Shown here piece after piece: positions 25,985 to 37,115 of a stretch of DNA of 64,000 bases. Numbering within the stretch: the stretch's first letter is position 1; each line of letters opens with the position of its first letter. Source of the stretch: Bacteroidales bacterium (GTDB taxonomy: Bacteria > Bacteroidota > Bacteroidia > Bacteroidales > NBLH01); assembly GCA_016937695.1 (NCBI GenBank), contig JAFGWC010000048.1:61777-125776 (forward strand). Reading direction: 5' to 3'. Both the position numbers and the translations under genes were made by a program. Under the pieces are notes generated by a model that searched no databases, was not told the origin of the DNA, and saw only the letters and a list, made by a program, of their open reading frames with translations.

Positions 25985-26635
25985 ATGAACGAAACATTTG
26001 ACTCTGCATACATAAAAGACAAACATTACTTTGGCGATGAGGCAGATGTTTTGCTTAAAAATCATTATAAACTTTTAAACAAAAATGATAAAATTTTAGA
26101 TATTGGAATTGGACAGGGCAGAAATGCTCTGTTTCTAATTGAAAAAGGATTTATTGTTGATGGAGTTGACCCTTCAATTGTGGGAATTGAAGCTTTAAAA
26201 AAACTTGCATATAAAGATAAACTCAAATTAGAACTTTTTAATACCGATTTTAAAAATTTTAATCCAAAAGAAGCTGAATATTCAGGAATTTTAATTTTTG
26301 GCTTGATACAACTTTTATCAGAAAAAGACATCAAAGAGTTAGCGAAAAAAACAAAAAAAATGCTTAACGAAAGCGGTTTGATTTTTTTAACCGGTTTTTC
26401 GAAAAAAGATGAATCGTTTAAACCAAATTCTTCAAACTGGACAAAAATTAATGAATATTCATATACAGACAATAATAACAATTTTCGCACTTTTTTGGAT
26501 GCCGATGAATTATTAAAATATTTTAAACATTTTAATGTTATTTACAAATGGGAAGGACTTGGCCAAAAACACAGACATAACGACGGCCCGCTTGAACAAC
26601 ATCATTATTTTGAACTAATTTTACAAAAACAATAA
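25985..26635 (+). CDS. class I SAM-dependent methyltransferase (TehB-like)
   Basis: 216 aa. Contains ILDIGIGQGRNALFLIEKGFIVDGVD. Confidence 0.75.
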   Translation: MNETFDSAYIKDKHYFGDEADVLLKNHYKLLNKNDKILDIGIGQGRNALFLIEKGFIVDGVDPSIVGIEALKKLAYKDKLKLELFNTDFKNFNPKEAEYSGILIFGLIQLLSEKDIKELAKKTKKMLNESGLIFLTGFSKKDESFKPNSSNWTKINEYSYTDNNNNFRTFLDADELLKYFKHFNVIYKWEGLGQKHRHNDGPLEQHHYFELILQKQ

Positions 26636-26831
26636 AAACACATTCCCAAAAATACTAATACATTAATATTTAAACAATTATAAAATAAACCAGACTTTCA
26701 AAAAAACGAACCCAACTTTCGGATTTTTTTATAAAAACTCAATTTTCTTATCTTTTAATTACCACCCCAAAAGTAAATTTCACTAAATTAGTAAGAAGTA
26801 GATTAATTTCCATTTTTCTGAATTTCTTGCT

Positions 26832-27878
26832 ATGTTTTTACGATATAATAAAAATCCGATAATAACACCAAAAATGGTTAAACCTTCACACGAAGGTTTA
26901 AATGTATTAGGAGCTTTTAATCCAGGCGCAACAAAATATAAAAACGAAATCCTTTTACTTTTAAGAATTGCCGAAACATGTAATAAAAAACAAAATTTTG
27001 TTTCTGTTCCATACTTCAATTTTATTGAAAATAATGCAAAATTTGAAGTTTTAGATATTCCTGAAAATTCAAAAGAATTAGAATTAAAAGATACAAGAGG
27101 TATTTTGTATAAAGGAGTTGATTATCTAACATCTGTAAGTCATTTAAGATTAGCAAGAAGCAACGATGGATTTAATTTTGCTGTTGATGAAAAACCTTTT
27201 ATTTTACCACACAATCAAACTGCAAGTTTTGGAGTTGAAGATGCCAGAATAAGCAAAATTGGTGATATTTACTACATTAACTATACAATTGTTTCAGGCG
27301 ATGGTTATTCCACTTTTTTATCATCAACAAAAGATTTTAAAAACGTAAAACAACATGGAATTATTTTTCCTCCATTAAATAAAGATGTTGTAATTTTTGA
27401 AGAAAAAGTTAACAATAAATATATTGCATTACACAGACCATCAAATCATGGATTCGGATTACCTTCAATTTGGTATGCCGAATCGGAAGATTTAATTCAT
27501 TGGGGAAATCATATTTGCCTGCTAAGACCAAACAAATCGGTTTGGGAAAGTCAAAAAATTGGTGCTGGCGCACCACCAATAAAAACAAATAAAGGCTGGC
27601 TCGAAATTTATCATTCAAAAGGTAAAAACAACATTTACAGCCTAAATTTAATGTTACTTGATTTAAAAAATCCTTCAAAAATAATTGCTTTAAGCAAAAC
27701 ACCTGTTATGATTCCCGAAACAGAATACGAAAAAAATGGTTTTTTCGGAAATGTGATTTTCACAAACGGACATATTGTAAAAGAAAACGGTGATATAAAT
27801 TTATATTACGGCTCAAGCGATGAAAATGTTTGTGTAGCAGAAATATCAATTGATAAATTACTTAAATCACTAAAATAA
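26832..27878 (+). CDS. glycoside hydrolase family 130 protein (beta-mannoside phosphorylase/hydrolase family)
   Basis: 348 aa. Contains YNKNPIITP, GAFNPGA, EDARIS, and KIGAGAPPIKT..GWLEIYH. Confidence 0.75.
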   Translation: MFLRYNKNPIITPKMVKPSHEGLNVLGAFNPGATKYKNEILLLLRIAETCNKKQNFVSVPYFNFIENNAKFEVLDIPENSKELELKDTRGILYKGVDYLTSVSHLRLARSNDGFNFAVDEKPFILPHNQTASFGVEDARISKIGDIYYINYTIVSGDGYSTFLSSTKDFKNVKQHGIIFPPLNKDVVIFEEKVNNKYIALHRPSNHGFGLPSIWYAESEDLIHWGNHICLLRPNKSVWESQKIGAGAPPIKTNKGWLEIYHSKGKNNIYSLNLMLLDLKNPSKIIALSKTPVMIPETEYEKNGFFGNVIFTNGHIVKENGDINLYYGSSDENVCVAEISIDKLLKSLK

Positions 27879-27883
27879 TAAAA

Positions 27884-29017
27884 ATGAGAATTTGTTACAT
27901 TTCTACTTATCCGCCAACTGAATGCGGAATTGCAACATATACAAAATATCTTTCGGATGAAATTAAAAACTTAAAAAAAGAAGTTGTTATTCTTAGCCAA
28001 ATTGGTGCTCAAGGCGAAAATGTTTTTCCGATATATTATCCTAATGATAAAGACATTGCATACAAATTATTCCATTTGGTTTCAAAATTAACTCCTGATA
28101 TTATTCACATTCAACACGAATTTGGTTTATTTGGAATGGAAAGAGGAATTCAAATTGTTGATTTTCTTTTAAGATGTAAAATTGCTAATGTGCCTGTAAT
28201 AACAACTTTACATACTGTTTTTAAAGCTCCGGGAAGTACAGAAAAAATCATCACTGAAAAAATATTAGAATATAGCACTGAAATAATTGTTCATGAAAAT
28301 CATCAAAAAGAATATTTAATTGAAACATATCAAATAAATAAAAAAATCCACGTAATTCCTCACGGAGTTCGTAAAGTAAACAAAGTAAAAAATGCCAAAG
28401 AAAAACTAAATTTATCTGAAAATAAAGTTGTTTTACTTGCCGGATATTTCAGAACAACAAAACATTTCGAAAAATTACTCCATATTTTTCCTGAAATTTT
28501 AAAAAAATATCAAAAAGTAACTCTTCTAATTGCCTGTAGATTAAGAATTTTAGAACATAACGAATTACGCGACCAATTATTAAAATCATTTAAATACTCC
28601 GAAGCAAACGGACAAATAAAAATTCTGCGTGGACAGTTTCCACAATATACATTCGACACAATTATGAGTGCTGCTGATGTTGTAGTTTTACCATATTCGG
28701 CCGGTGCTCAAAGCGGAATGTTGGCTCAGTTTTCTGCATTTAAAATACCAACTGTTACTTCAGATTTACTAAGTTTTAAATTATGGAATGAAAGCTCAAA
28801 AGGCGGATTAAGTTCTTTTTCTGATTTAGACTATATAAACAATATTTTAAAAATTATTAGCGATGATGAACTTGCTCAAAAAATGAGAGACAATATTTCA
28901 AAAAACAACGAACAAAGATATTGGGATGTTATTTCAAAAAAACATCTTAAAATATATCAAAATATTGTTGAAACAAATAAAGAAATTTCAGAATTTTACT
29001 ATATTCCCGAAAATTAA
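27884..29017 (+). CDS. glycosyltransferase family 4
   Basis: 377 aa. N-terminal MRICYISTYPPTECGIATYT and a C-terminal GT-B region (DVVVLPY...SGMLAQ). Confidence 0.8.
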   Translation: MRICYISTYPPTECGIATYTKYLSDEIKNLKKEVVILSQIGAQGENVFPIYYPNDKDIAYKLFHLVSKLTPDIIHIQHEFGLFGMERGIQIVDFLLRCKIANVPVITTLHTVFKAPGSTEKIITEKILEYSTEIIVHENHQKEYLIETYQINKKIHVIPHGVRKVNKVKNAKEKLNLSENKVVLLAGYFRTTKHFEKLLHIFPEILKKYQKVTLLIACRLRILEHNELRDQLLKSFKYSEANGQIKILRGQFPQYTFDTIMSAADVVVLPYSAGAQSGMLAQFSAFKIPTVTSDLLSFKLWNESSKGGLSSFSDLDYINNILKIISDDELAQKMRDNISKNNEQRYWDVISKKHLKIYQNIVETNKEISEFYYIPEN

Positions 29018-29018
29018 A

Positions 29019-30515
29019 CTATTGATTTTCAAGCAGTTTCATGTTTTCGAAAATTTGTTCCAAATTAAACTTGGCAATTCCCGAACGTGTATCAGACATA
29101 GCATAAGGAACAATTAAACACGCTTTATGTATAATTGCGCCACACGAATAAACAACATTCGGAACATATCCATCACGTTCATTTTCTTCAGGTACAATAA
29201 GCGGTTCTTCCAAAACGCCCAAAACTTTTTCAGGATTTTTTAAATCCAACAAAATAGCACCAACACAATAAGTTCTTACAGGACCAACGCCATGAGTCAA
29301 AAGCAACCAACCTTTTTTAGTTTTAAGCGGCGGCCCACTATTTCCTATTTGAAAAAACTCCCAATAAACCTCCGGTTCTTTCAACAATTTCGGCCTTTCC
29401 CAAAATCTAACATCATCAGAATACATTATAAACAAATTTTCATTGTCGTTTCTTGAAATCATAGCATATTTTCCGTTAATTTTTTCAGGAAATAATGCCA
29501 TTCCTTTATTTTGAGAACCACTTCCGTTTAAAGTTGAAATCTTAAAAGAGCAGAAGTCTTCTGTTTCAATAAGTTGAGGTAAAATTGTAATCCCGTTATA
29601 TGCAGTATATGTTGCATAATATTTCACTTTTGAATCGCTATTAGTAAACCTTACAAATCTCGCATCTTCCAAACCTTTCCTGTCGTTTATTGATAGTGGA
29701 AAAATCACTCTTCCCGACAATGGCAAATCCGGCTTAAACTCAACACTATAAGTAGAAACAGCAAGCCATTCCAAAATTTCAAGCGCTTGTAAATATCTTG
29801 GCGCACTTGTCCCAATTTTTTTCTTTTTTTTAGATTTTTTCTTCTTAAATCGTTCAATACTCTCAACTAATTCATCATAAGTAAATTCATCTAATAAATT
29901 ATCAAAAATTTCTTTAACAAACTCATAGCTTTTTATTTCTATAAGCTTAGACACAAAACTTTTTTTCTCGTAAGTATAATTAGGAATAATTTTAGCCTTT
30001 TCAACCATTTCACTTTTTACATCAATTTTTAAATCGCCACTGCAACTAACAATTCCATTTCTAAAAACTATCGACGAAATATGCCCTTCACCAACTGCTC
30101 TAAAAGAAATTATTACATTTAATTCGTCTTTTTTAGTCAAATTTTGAACCGGAGATGGAACAATCGAAGGATTAAACAATGCAGCAGATTCAATCGAATA
30201 TTCCATAGTAAAATACGAACCAATCAATAGCTTTTGCTCTAACGATAACATTGTAAGATCTTTAAGAGTATTTATTCGTTCAAAATTATCCTTAAAAATT
30301 CGCTTAATATCTCTGTGTCTATCTTTAAATCTATTTATTGTATGTTCTAAAATTCTAGATATTTTATTTGGCGGTAAAGTTAAAACCCTACTCACAATCT
30401 TCATTATCCTATCATCATTTCCGGGAGTAAAAAATTTTGTAATCACTCTTAAATTATCAGGACTAAAATCAATTAATTCTCTTTTAATCAATACTTTATA
30501 AGAATTTTTCTTCAT
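29019..30515 (-). CDS. GH130-like protein with ~250-aa N-terminal extension of unknown function
   Basis: 498 aa. The C-terminal half has LEDARFVRF, YYATYTAYNG, NKGMALFPEKING and IGNSGPPLKTKKGWLLLTHGVG (5-bladed propeller GH130 pattern). Confidence 0.7.
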   Translation of the reverse strand: MKKNSYKVLIKRELIDFSPDNLRVITKFFTPGNDDRIMKIVSRVLTLPPNKISRILEHTINRFKDRHRDIKRIFKDNFERINTLKDLTMLSLEQKLLIGSYFTMEYSIESAALFNPSIVPSPVQNLTKKDELNVIISFRAVGEGHISSIVFRNGIVSCSGDLKIDVKSEMVEKAKIIPNYTYEKKSFVSKLIEIKSYEFVKEIFDNLLDEFTYDELVESIERFKKKKSKKKKKIGTSAPRYLQALEILEWLAVSTYSVEFKPDLPLSGRVIFPLSINDRKGLEDARFVRFTNSDSKVKYYATYTAYNGITILPQLIETEDFCSFKISTLNGSGSQNKGMALFPEKINGKYAMISRNDNENLFIMYSDDVRFWERPKLLKEPEVYWEFFQIGNSGPPLKTKKGWLLLTHGVGPVRTYCVGAILLDLKNPEKVLGVLEEPLIVPEENERDGYVPNVVYSCGAIIHKACLIVPYAMSDTRSGIAKFNLEQIFENMKLLENQ

Positions 30516-30904
30516 AAATATTTTAATTTACGATATAAAATAAACTCTGAACTTTTTATTAATTACTGAATTTCTTTTGATATCAGTAAAAAATCTCTTT
30601 TCCTATAAAGATAATAAGATATTAAATAGATAAAGTCAATTTTTATAAAGAAAAATTTAAGACTAATCAAAAATTAAAATAAAATTTCATTAAATAATTA
30701 AATAATTTCATATAAAGTATATTTTTTAATATCTTTGCAAGCTTTATAATATTTTGTAAAGTATATTTTGAAAATAGTCTGTTTTTAATTTTATAAACCT
30801 GTTAATAATTATAATTTTCAATTTTTTATTATTAAACAGCCTCAGTAATTTTAATTATCAGTCTGTTTCAAATTATTTTTTTATAACAAATTACCTGCAA
30901 TCTC

Positions 30905-31621
30905 ATGAATAATAATTCTCTTTCTACTTACGATTTTAAAGAAGGGGAAGTTTTGTTATTTGAAAAGCCTCTAAGCTGGACATCTTTTGATCTTGTCAGG
31001 AAAATCAGATCATTAATAAAACGAAAATTAAACATAAAAAACATAAAAGTTGGTCATGCCGGAACTCTAGATCCTCTTGCAACCGGATTAATGATTTTAT
31101 GTACAGGAAATAAAACCAAAGAAATTGAAAAATTTCAAGCTACAGAAAAAGAATATATTGCTGATATTTTTATTGGTGCAACAACACCGTCGTTCGATCT
31201 TGAAACAGAAATAAACAATAAATACCCAACAAAACATATTGATTTAGAATTAATTAACCAAATCGTAAATAGTTTTATTGGCAAACAAGAACAAATGCCT
31301 CCACAATATTCAGCAAAAAGAATAGACGGACAAAGAGCATACAAAAAAGCACATCAAGGCATAGAAGTTGAAATGAAACCTTCTGAAATTGAAATTTATA
31401 ATATTGAAATACTAAATTACAGTTTCCCTGATTTAAAAATTAAAATAAATTGCAGCAAAGGAACTTACATAAGATCACTAGCAAACGATATTGGAAAAAA
31501 ATTAAATTCAGGCGCTTATCTTAGCGGTTTAATAAGAACTAAAATTGGCGATTTTAAAATTGAAAATGCAATTCAAATCTCTGATTTTAAAAATTCTCTT
31601 TTCCCTGAAGATACTGAATAG
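30905..31621 (+). CDS. truB: tRNA pseudouridine(55) synthase
   Basis: 238 aa. Contains KVGHAGTLDPLATGLMILC, and the catalytic Asp motif is present. Confidence 0.9.
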   Translation: MNNNSLSTYDFKEGEVLLFEKPLSWTSFDLVRKIRSLIKRKLNIKNIKVGHAGTLDPLATGLMILCTGNKTKEIEKFQATEKEYIADIFIGATTPSFDLETEINNKYPTKHIDLELINQIVNSFIGKQEQMPPQYSAKRIDGQRAYKKAHQGIEVEMKPSEIEIYNIEILNYSFPDLKIKINCSKGTYIRSLANDIGKKLNSGAYLSGLIRTKIGDFKIENAIQISDFKNSLFPEDTE

Positions 31622-31654
31622 AAAAATAATTAATAACATAAAAAATTGAATTCA

Positions 31655-32704
31655 ATGAAGTTGTCAAAATTCAGATATGATTTACCACTAGATTTAATAG
31701 CCAAACATCCGGCTAAAGAAAGAGACGAATCAAGATTAATGGTAATTAATAGAAAAACTAAAAAAATTGAACATCATGTTTTTAAAGACATTATTAATTA
31801 TTATAATGATAAAGACATTTTTGTTTTTAACGACACTAAAGTTTTTCCTGCAAGATTATATGGAAATAAAGAAAAAACAGGTGCAAGAATTGAAGTTTTT
31901 TTATTACGAGAACTAAGCAAAGAACAACGTCTTTGGGATGTACTTGTTGATCCGGCAAGAAAAATAAGAATTGGCAACAAACTATATTTCGGCGATGACG
32001 ATTTGCTTGTTGCTGAAGTTATTGACAACACAACATCAAGAGGCCGTACATTACGATTTTTATATGACGGACCTTATGATGAATTTAAAAGCCTCATTTA
32101 TAAACTTGGGGAAACGCCTTTGCCTAAATTTATTAAAAGAAAAGTTGAACCTGAAGATACTGAAAGATATCAAACAATCTTCGCTAAAAATATAGGTGCA
32201 GTTGCTGCTCCTACTGCCGGAATGCATTTTAGCAAGCAATTACTAAAAAAACTTGAAATAAAAGGTGTTGATTTTGCTTATATTACTCTTCATGCCGGTT
32301 TAGGAAATTTTAGAGGTGTTGATGTTGAGGATCTTACAAAACATAAAATGGACTCTGAAGAAATTGATATTTCGGAAGAAGCCGTTGAAATTGTTAATAA
32401 AGCAAGAGCTCACAGACGTCAAATTTGTGCTGTTGGAACTACTGTTTTAAGAACTCTTGAAAGCTCAGTTTCTACTCAAGGCGAATTAAAACCTTTTACA
32501 GGATGGACTAATAAATTTATTTTCCCGCCTTACGATTTTAATGTACCAACAAGTATGATAACTAATTTTCATTTGCCTTTAACAACCCTTGTTATGACTG
32601 TTTCAGCCTTTGCCGGTTACGATTTTTTATTCGAAGCTTACGATGTAGCAATTAAAGAAAAATATAAATTTGGAACTTACGGTGATGCAATGCTTATTCT
32701 ATAA
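31655..32704 (+). CDS. queA: S-adenosylmethionine:tRNA ribosyltransferase-isomerase
   Basis: [15 protein letters not shown]...RD.SRLMV and the C-terminal [10 protein letters not shown] are typical. The ATG at 31655 is preferred over the TTG at 31646. Confidence 0.9.
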   Translation: MKLSKFRYDLPLDLIAKHPAKERDESRLMVINRKTKKIEHHVFKDIINYYNDKDIFVFNDTKVFPARLYGNKEKTGARIEVFLLRELSKEQRLWDVLVDPARKIRIGNKLYFGDDDLLVAEVIDNTTSRGRTLRFLYDGPYDEFKSLIYKLGETPLPKFIKRKVEPEDTERYQTIFAKNIGAVAAPTAGMHFSKQLLKKLEIKGVDFAYITLHAGLGNFRGVDVEDLTKHKMDSEEIDISEEAVEIVNKARAHRRQICAVGTTVLRTLESSVSTQGELKPFTGWTNKFIFPPYDFNVPTSMITNFHLPLTTLVMTVSAFAGYDFLFEAYDVAIKEKYKFGTYGDAMLIL

Positions 32705-32720
32705 AGTTTAACTTATAAAA

Positions 32721-32756
32721 AAACCCGTTTTCAAAAATTTGAAAACGGGTTTTTTA
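32721..32756. terminator. bidirectional intrinsic terminator
   Basis: AAACCCGTTTTC-aaaaattt-GAAAACGGGTTTTTT between the convergent queA and 32776..33141. Confidence 0.8.
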
Positions 32757-32775
32757 TTTCATATACTCCTAATTA

Positions 32776-33141
32776 TCAATCACTTATCAACCATAATTTT
32801 GCCTCATCATAATCTATAAATGCTTTAGCTCCAATACTGGAAACTCTATTTATAGCATCTAATAAAATTTTTTTAACACCAACAATACCAACATAAGCAC
32901 TTTTCTTAATATAAGGATTCTGTACTTTTGACGAACGTTTTATTTCCGCTAAAATCTTTGCTGTTGTAAATTGCCCTCTTACATCATTTAACTTTAAAAA
33001 ATTTCTTTCACCCGAATTAACAACAACATCATCAACCATACGAACTAATTCGATTAGTTTATCTTCACTCAAATTTCTAAAATCCACGTATAAAATCTTA
33101 GAATTTTCATGATAAAGCCATTGTATTCTTTTTTCTAACAT
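32776..33141 (-). CDS. hypothetical protein
   Basis: About 121 aa from the internal MLEKRIQWLYHE start (the ORF track extends to 33192). No motif was recognised with confidence, and a STAS-like fold is only a guess. Confidence 0.45.
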   Translation of the reverse strand: MLEKRIQWLYHENSKILYVDFRNLSEDKLIELVRMVDDVVVNSGERNFLKLNDVRGQFTTAKILAEIKRSSKVQNPYIKKSAYVGIVGVKKILLDAINRVSSIGAKAFIDYDEAKLWLISD

Positions 33142-33349
33142 TTTTTGATTTCTAATTTCAACAAACATAAAAATAATTTTCAATATTCCCAAAAAAAATC
33201 AATTAGCTAATATTTACAGACTATAGAGTTTACAATATTTGTCTATTTAATATTATATGTAGATATGCTGTTGATTAACATTTATATGAAATTGTAAATA
33301 TCATTTTTTTATATTTACTTCGTATTTAAATTATTTATAATTTGAAAAT

Positions 33350-33817
33350 ATGCAAAAAGTATTGCTTTCAATATCCCTTTTTACTGTCTTTTTCCTTTTT
33401 TCATGCGAAGAAGAAGAAAACCAAATAAGTTCGCAAACAACTTTTGACAAAGAAATATTTAATTTAATAAATAATCATAGATTAGAAATTGGTTTAGAAG
33501 CATTTGAATATAGCGAAGTAATTTGGGAACAGGCAAATCAACACAGCAAAGATATGGCAGAGGGAATTGTTGATTTTGGACACGATGGATTTTCTGAAAG
33601 AATTGACAATATTCAACAAGAAATTGGCGGAAGTTCAGCTGCCGAAAATGTAGCAATGGGATATTCAACAGCAGAATCTGTTGTAAACGGTTGGCTTTCA
33701 AGCGATGAACATAAACAAAACATAGAAGGAAATTACACTCATTCTGCAATAAGTGCAGTAAAAAACAACAGCGGAGTTTATTATTACACGCAAATATTCA
33801 TAAATTTAAATAAATAA
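33350..33817 (+). CDS. CAP (SCP/PR-1-like) domain lipoprotein
   Basis: 155 aa. Signal peptide with FSC lipobox. Contains HS.DM, GHDGF, ENVA and GW..S..H motifs. Confidence 0.7.
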   Translation: MQKVLLSISLFTVFFLFSCEEEENQISSQTTFDKEIFNLINNHRLEIGLEAFEYSEVIWEQANQHSKDMAEGIVDFGHDGFSERIDNIQQEIGGSSAAENVAMGYSTAESVVNGWLSSDEHKQNIEGNYTHSAISAVKNNSGVYYYTQIFINLNK

Positions 33818-33836
33818 TACATTAATTTCAATTATT

Positions 33837-35234
33837 ATGGAATACAGAATAGAAAAAGACACAATGGGCGAAGTAAAAGTGCCTGCAGATAAATATTGGG
33901 GCGCACAAACTCAAAGATCAGCTGAAAATTTTAAAATTGGCGATCCTGCTTCAATGCCTAAAGAAATTATTAAAGCCTTTGGTTTTTTAAAAAAAGCTGC
34001 TGCTCATACAAATTTTGAATTAGGTGTTCTTACTGAAGAAAAAAGAGACCTTATTTCCAATGTTTGCGATGAAATTATCGAAGGTAAATTAGACGACCAA
34101 TTTCCTCTTGTAATTTGGCAAACAGGCTCTGGAACTCAATCAAACATGAATGTAAATGAAGTTGTTTCAAATCGCGCACATGTTTTAAAAGGCGCTAAAC
34201 TTGGCGAAGGACAAAACTTTATTCATCCTAACGATGATGTAAACAAATCTCAATCTTCAAACGACACTTTTCCAACTGCAATGCACATTGCGGCATATAA
34301 AATGCTTGTTGAAACAACTATTCCCGGAATTGAACTTCTTAGAAATACTTTAGCACAAAAAGCTAAGGATTTTAAAAATATTGTGAAAATTGGAAGAACT
34401 CACTGGATGGATGCAACTCCTTTAACTTTAGGACAAGAGTTTTCTGGTTATATCTCTCAATTAGATCATGGTTTAGTTGCGATAAAAAACTCATTTGCTC
34501 ATTTATCTGAAATTGCATTAGGCGGAACTGCTGTTGGTACAGGAATTAACACACCAAAAGGCTATTCTGAGCTTGTTGCTAAAAAAATCGCAGAATTTAC
34601 AAAATTACCTTTTATTACAGGAACTAATAAATATGAAGGTTTAGCTGCTCACGACGCTATTGTTGAAGCATCTGGTTCTTTAAAAACAGTAGCTGTTAGT
34701 TTAATGAAAATAGCTAATGATATCAGATTAATGGCTTCTGGTCCACGTTGCGGAATTGGCGAATTAATTATTCCAGCTAACGAACCTGGTTCTTCAATTA
34801 TGCCAGGAAAAGTTAATCCAACTCAAATTGAAGCAATGACAATGGTTTGCGCACAGGTTATTGGAAACGATGCTGCTATTACTGTTGGCGGAATGAATGG
34901 TCATTTCGAACTTAACGTTTTTAAGCCTGTTATGATTTACAATTTTTTACAAGCAGCTCGTTTAATTGGCGATGCTTGTGTTTCATTTACAAATAATATG
35001 GCCATTGGAATTGAACCAAATAAAGAAGTTATTGCATACAATCTTGAAAACTCTTTAATGCTGGTTACTGCTTTAAATACTCATATTGGTTACGAAAAAG
35101 CAGCAAAAATTGCAAAAAAAGCTTATACTGATAATACAAGTCTTAGAAAAGCCGCTCTTGAATTAGGTTATTTAACCGATGAAGATTTCACTAAATGGGT
35201 TGATCCAACTAAAATGATTGGTTCGCTGGATTAA
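33837..35234 (+). CDS. fumC: class II fumarate hydratase
   Basis: 465 aa. Contains the [13 protein letters not shown] signature and the N-terminal [13 protein letters not shown]. Confidence 0.95.
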   Translation: MEYRIEKDTMGEVKVPADKYWGAQTQRSAENFKIGDPASMPKEIIKAFGFLKKAAAHTNFELGVLTEEKRDLISNVCDEIIEGKLDDQFPLVIWQTGSGTQSNMNVNEVVSNRAHVLKGAKLGEGQNFIHPNDDVNKSQSSNDTFPTAMHIAAYKMLVETTIPGIELLRNTLAQKAKDFKNIVKIGRTHWMDATPLTLGQEFSGYISQLDHGLVAIKNSFAHLSEIALGGTAVGTGINTPKGYSELVAKKIAEFTKLPFITGTNKYEGLAAHDAIVEASGSLKTVAVSLMKIANDIRLMASGPRCGIGELIIPANEPGSSIMPGKVNPTQIEAMTMVCAQVIGNDAAITVGGMNGHFELNVFKPVMIYNFLQAARLIGDACVSFTNNMAIGIEPNKEVIAYNLENSLMLVTALNTHIGYEKAAKIAKKAYTDNTSLRKAALELGYLTDEDFTKWVDPTKMIGSLD

Positions 35235-35260
35235 AATATATTAATAAAAAATATCGAACA

Positions 35261-35294
35261 AAAAAATCCTGCAAGAACCTGCAGGATTTTTTTT
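35261..35294. terminator. bidirectional intrinsic terminator
   Basis: A-run, then ATCCTGCA-agaacc-TGCAGGAT, then T8. It sits between convergent genes and overlaps the stop codon of 35293..36861. Confidence 0.7.
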
Positions 35295-36861
35295 AAAACT
35301 TTTCAGGATATTTCACTATGCTTCTTATCTGATTATAAAGTGGTTGCAGCCTTTTGTACATTTTAGAATAAACATCAGAATATAGCTTTTCATATATTTC
35401 AACATTTGCTTTTATTGGCTGGTATGTTTCACTTATTCTACACATATTTTTTACTGCTTCTTCATAATTATTATAAAAATTCATTCCAACTGCTGCATTT
35501 ATAGCTGCGCCAAGTGCTGATGTTTCATAAGTGTGTGGTTTTTCTGCAGGTTTGTTAAAAATATCAGCCGTAAGCTGCATTGCATTTTTACTTTGAGAAC
35601 CTCCACCTGAAACTCGTATTTTATCAATTTTAACTTTTGTGTTTTTTTCGGTTTTTATCATTCCTTCTTTTAAAGCATAAGCTAAACCTTCAAGTATTGC
35701 ACGATAAATATGAGCTCTTGTATGTACGTCGCCAAAACCAATTATTGCTCCTTTGGCTTCCAAACCAGGCACTTTTGTTCCAGGCGACCAATATGGCTGA
35801 AGTGTTAATCCCATGGAGCCTGGTGGTATTTTAGATATCATTTCATCAAACAAATCTTCTGGCAATTTTCCTGTTTTTTTTGCAATTTCAACTTCTCTGT
35901 ATCCAAATTCTTTTTTAAACCAATTTATCATCCAAAAACCTCTAAAAATCATCACTTCTGTATTGTAATATTCCGGTATTGAGCTTGGATATGGCGGAAA
36001 AAAAGGAATTACTTCAAGATATTTTTTACTGCTTGTTTGTATTGTGGCTGTTGTTCCATAGCTTAAACAAGCTGTTTCGGGTGAAAACACTCCGCTTCCA
36101 AGCACTTCAGATGATTTATCAGAGCCTGCTGCCATTAATGGTAAACCTTTCGGAATTCCGGTTTCTATTGATGCTTTTTCGCTAATTACTGCTAATTGTT
36201 CCGATGGTTTAACTAATTCGACTAATTTTTCACGTTCAACCGGAAACATTTTATAATTTATATGTTTTGAATTTGTCCATTTATGATTTTTATAATCAAA
36301 AGGCATATAGCCAACCATATTTCCTATAGAATCTACATATTCGCCGGTAAGTTTAAATGTAAAAAAACCTGATAAATAAACATATTTATGCGTTTTTTCC
36401 CAAATATCAGATTGATTTTGCTTTATCCAATTACACTCGCCATTTTTTACGGCATGTAATATTGATTCGTTTAAACCTAAAGCTTTTAAGCCTAATTTCA
36501 TAAATTTAGAAGGAAAGCCTGTTTCTTCTGCTCTTCTTTGATCAAGCCAAGTTATTGCAGGTCTTAGTGCATTTCCATTTTTATCAAGGTTTATAACTGT
36601 TCCTCTTTGAGTTGTTAATGTTACAGCTTTTATTCTTTTTGTATCGATTTTTGTTTGATTAAATAAAGCTTTTGTTGTTTCTGTTAATTTTTGCCAATAA
36701 TAATCAGGTTCTTGTTCTGCCCAACCGGCAAATTCAGAAAAATAAGGTTCAATTGGAGTTTTTACAATTTCAATAATATTTCCATTCAAATCAATAAAAA
36801 CTGCTCTAATAGACTGTGTGCCTGCATCTATTGATAAAATAAGTTCATCAGAAAATTTCAT
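35293..36861 (-). CDS. FGGY-family carbohydrate kinase
   Basis: 522 aa. N-terminal ILSIDAGTQSIRA and C-terminal VSGGGSQSKNAMQLTADIF. Confidence 0.85.
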   Translation of the reverse strand: MKFSDELILSIDAGTQSIRAVFIDLNGNIIEIVKTPIEPYFSEFAGWAEQEPDYYWQKLTETTKALFNQTKIDTKRIKAVTLTTQRGTVINLDKNGNALRPAITWLDQRRAEETGFPSKFMKLGLKALGLNESILHAVKNGECNWIKQNQSDIWEKTHKYVYLSGFFTFKLTGEYVDSIGNMVGYMPFDYKNHKWTNSKHINYKMFPVEREKLVELVKPSEQLAVISEKASIETGIPKGLPLMAAGSDKSSEVLGSGVFSPETACLSYGTTATIQTSSKKYLEVIPFFPPYPSSIPEYYNTEVMIFRGFWMINWFKKEFGYREVEIAKKTGKLPEDLFDEMISKIPPGSMGLTLQPYWSPGTKVPGLEAKGAIIGFGDVHTRAHIYRAILEGLAYALKEGMIKTEKNTKVKIDKIRVSGGGSQSKNAMQLTADIFNKPAEKPHTYETSALGAAINAAVGMNFYNNYEEAVKNMCRISETYQPIKANVEIYEKLYSDVYSKMYKRLQPLYNQIRSIVKYPEKF

Positions 36862-37115
36862 GCTTTATTTAAATAATCGGTTCAAATTTCAACAAATATA
36901 CTAAAGTTTAGTTGATATTATGTTTTTAACATTATTAAATCAGCAAATTTAATTTGTTTTATTTTACTGATTTTAAGATACTTACAAAAATATTATTTAA
37001 AAAAATATTGTTTTTTGGGAAATACAAATATCAGAAATAATTAAAAGTTTTAACTTAACAAATGTTAAATTCCGCAAGTATTTTTGTATATTTATACTAA
37101 ATAAACAAATTCATA

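Noticed and set aside
29816-29846. Long T/A homopolymer runs encoding KKKKSKKKKK in the 498-aa GH130-like gene as a slipped-strand phase-variation switch
   Set aside because: The runs are interrupted (7, 8 and 6 nt) and the frame is intact. Lys-rich linkers are expected in such an AT-rich genome. There is no evidence of length variation from a single sequence.
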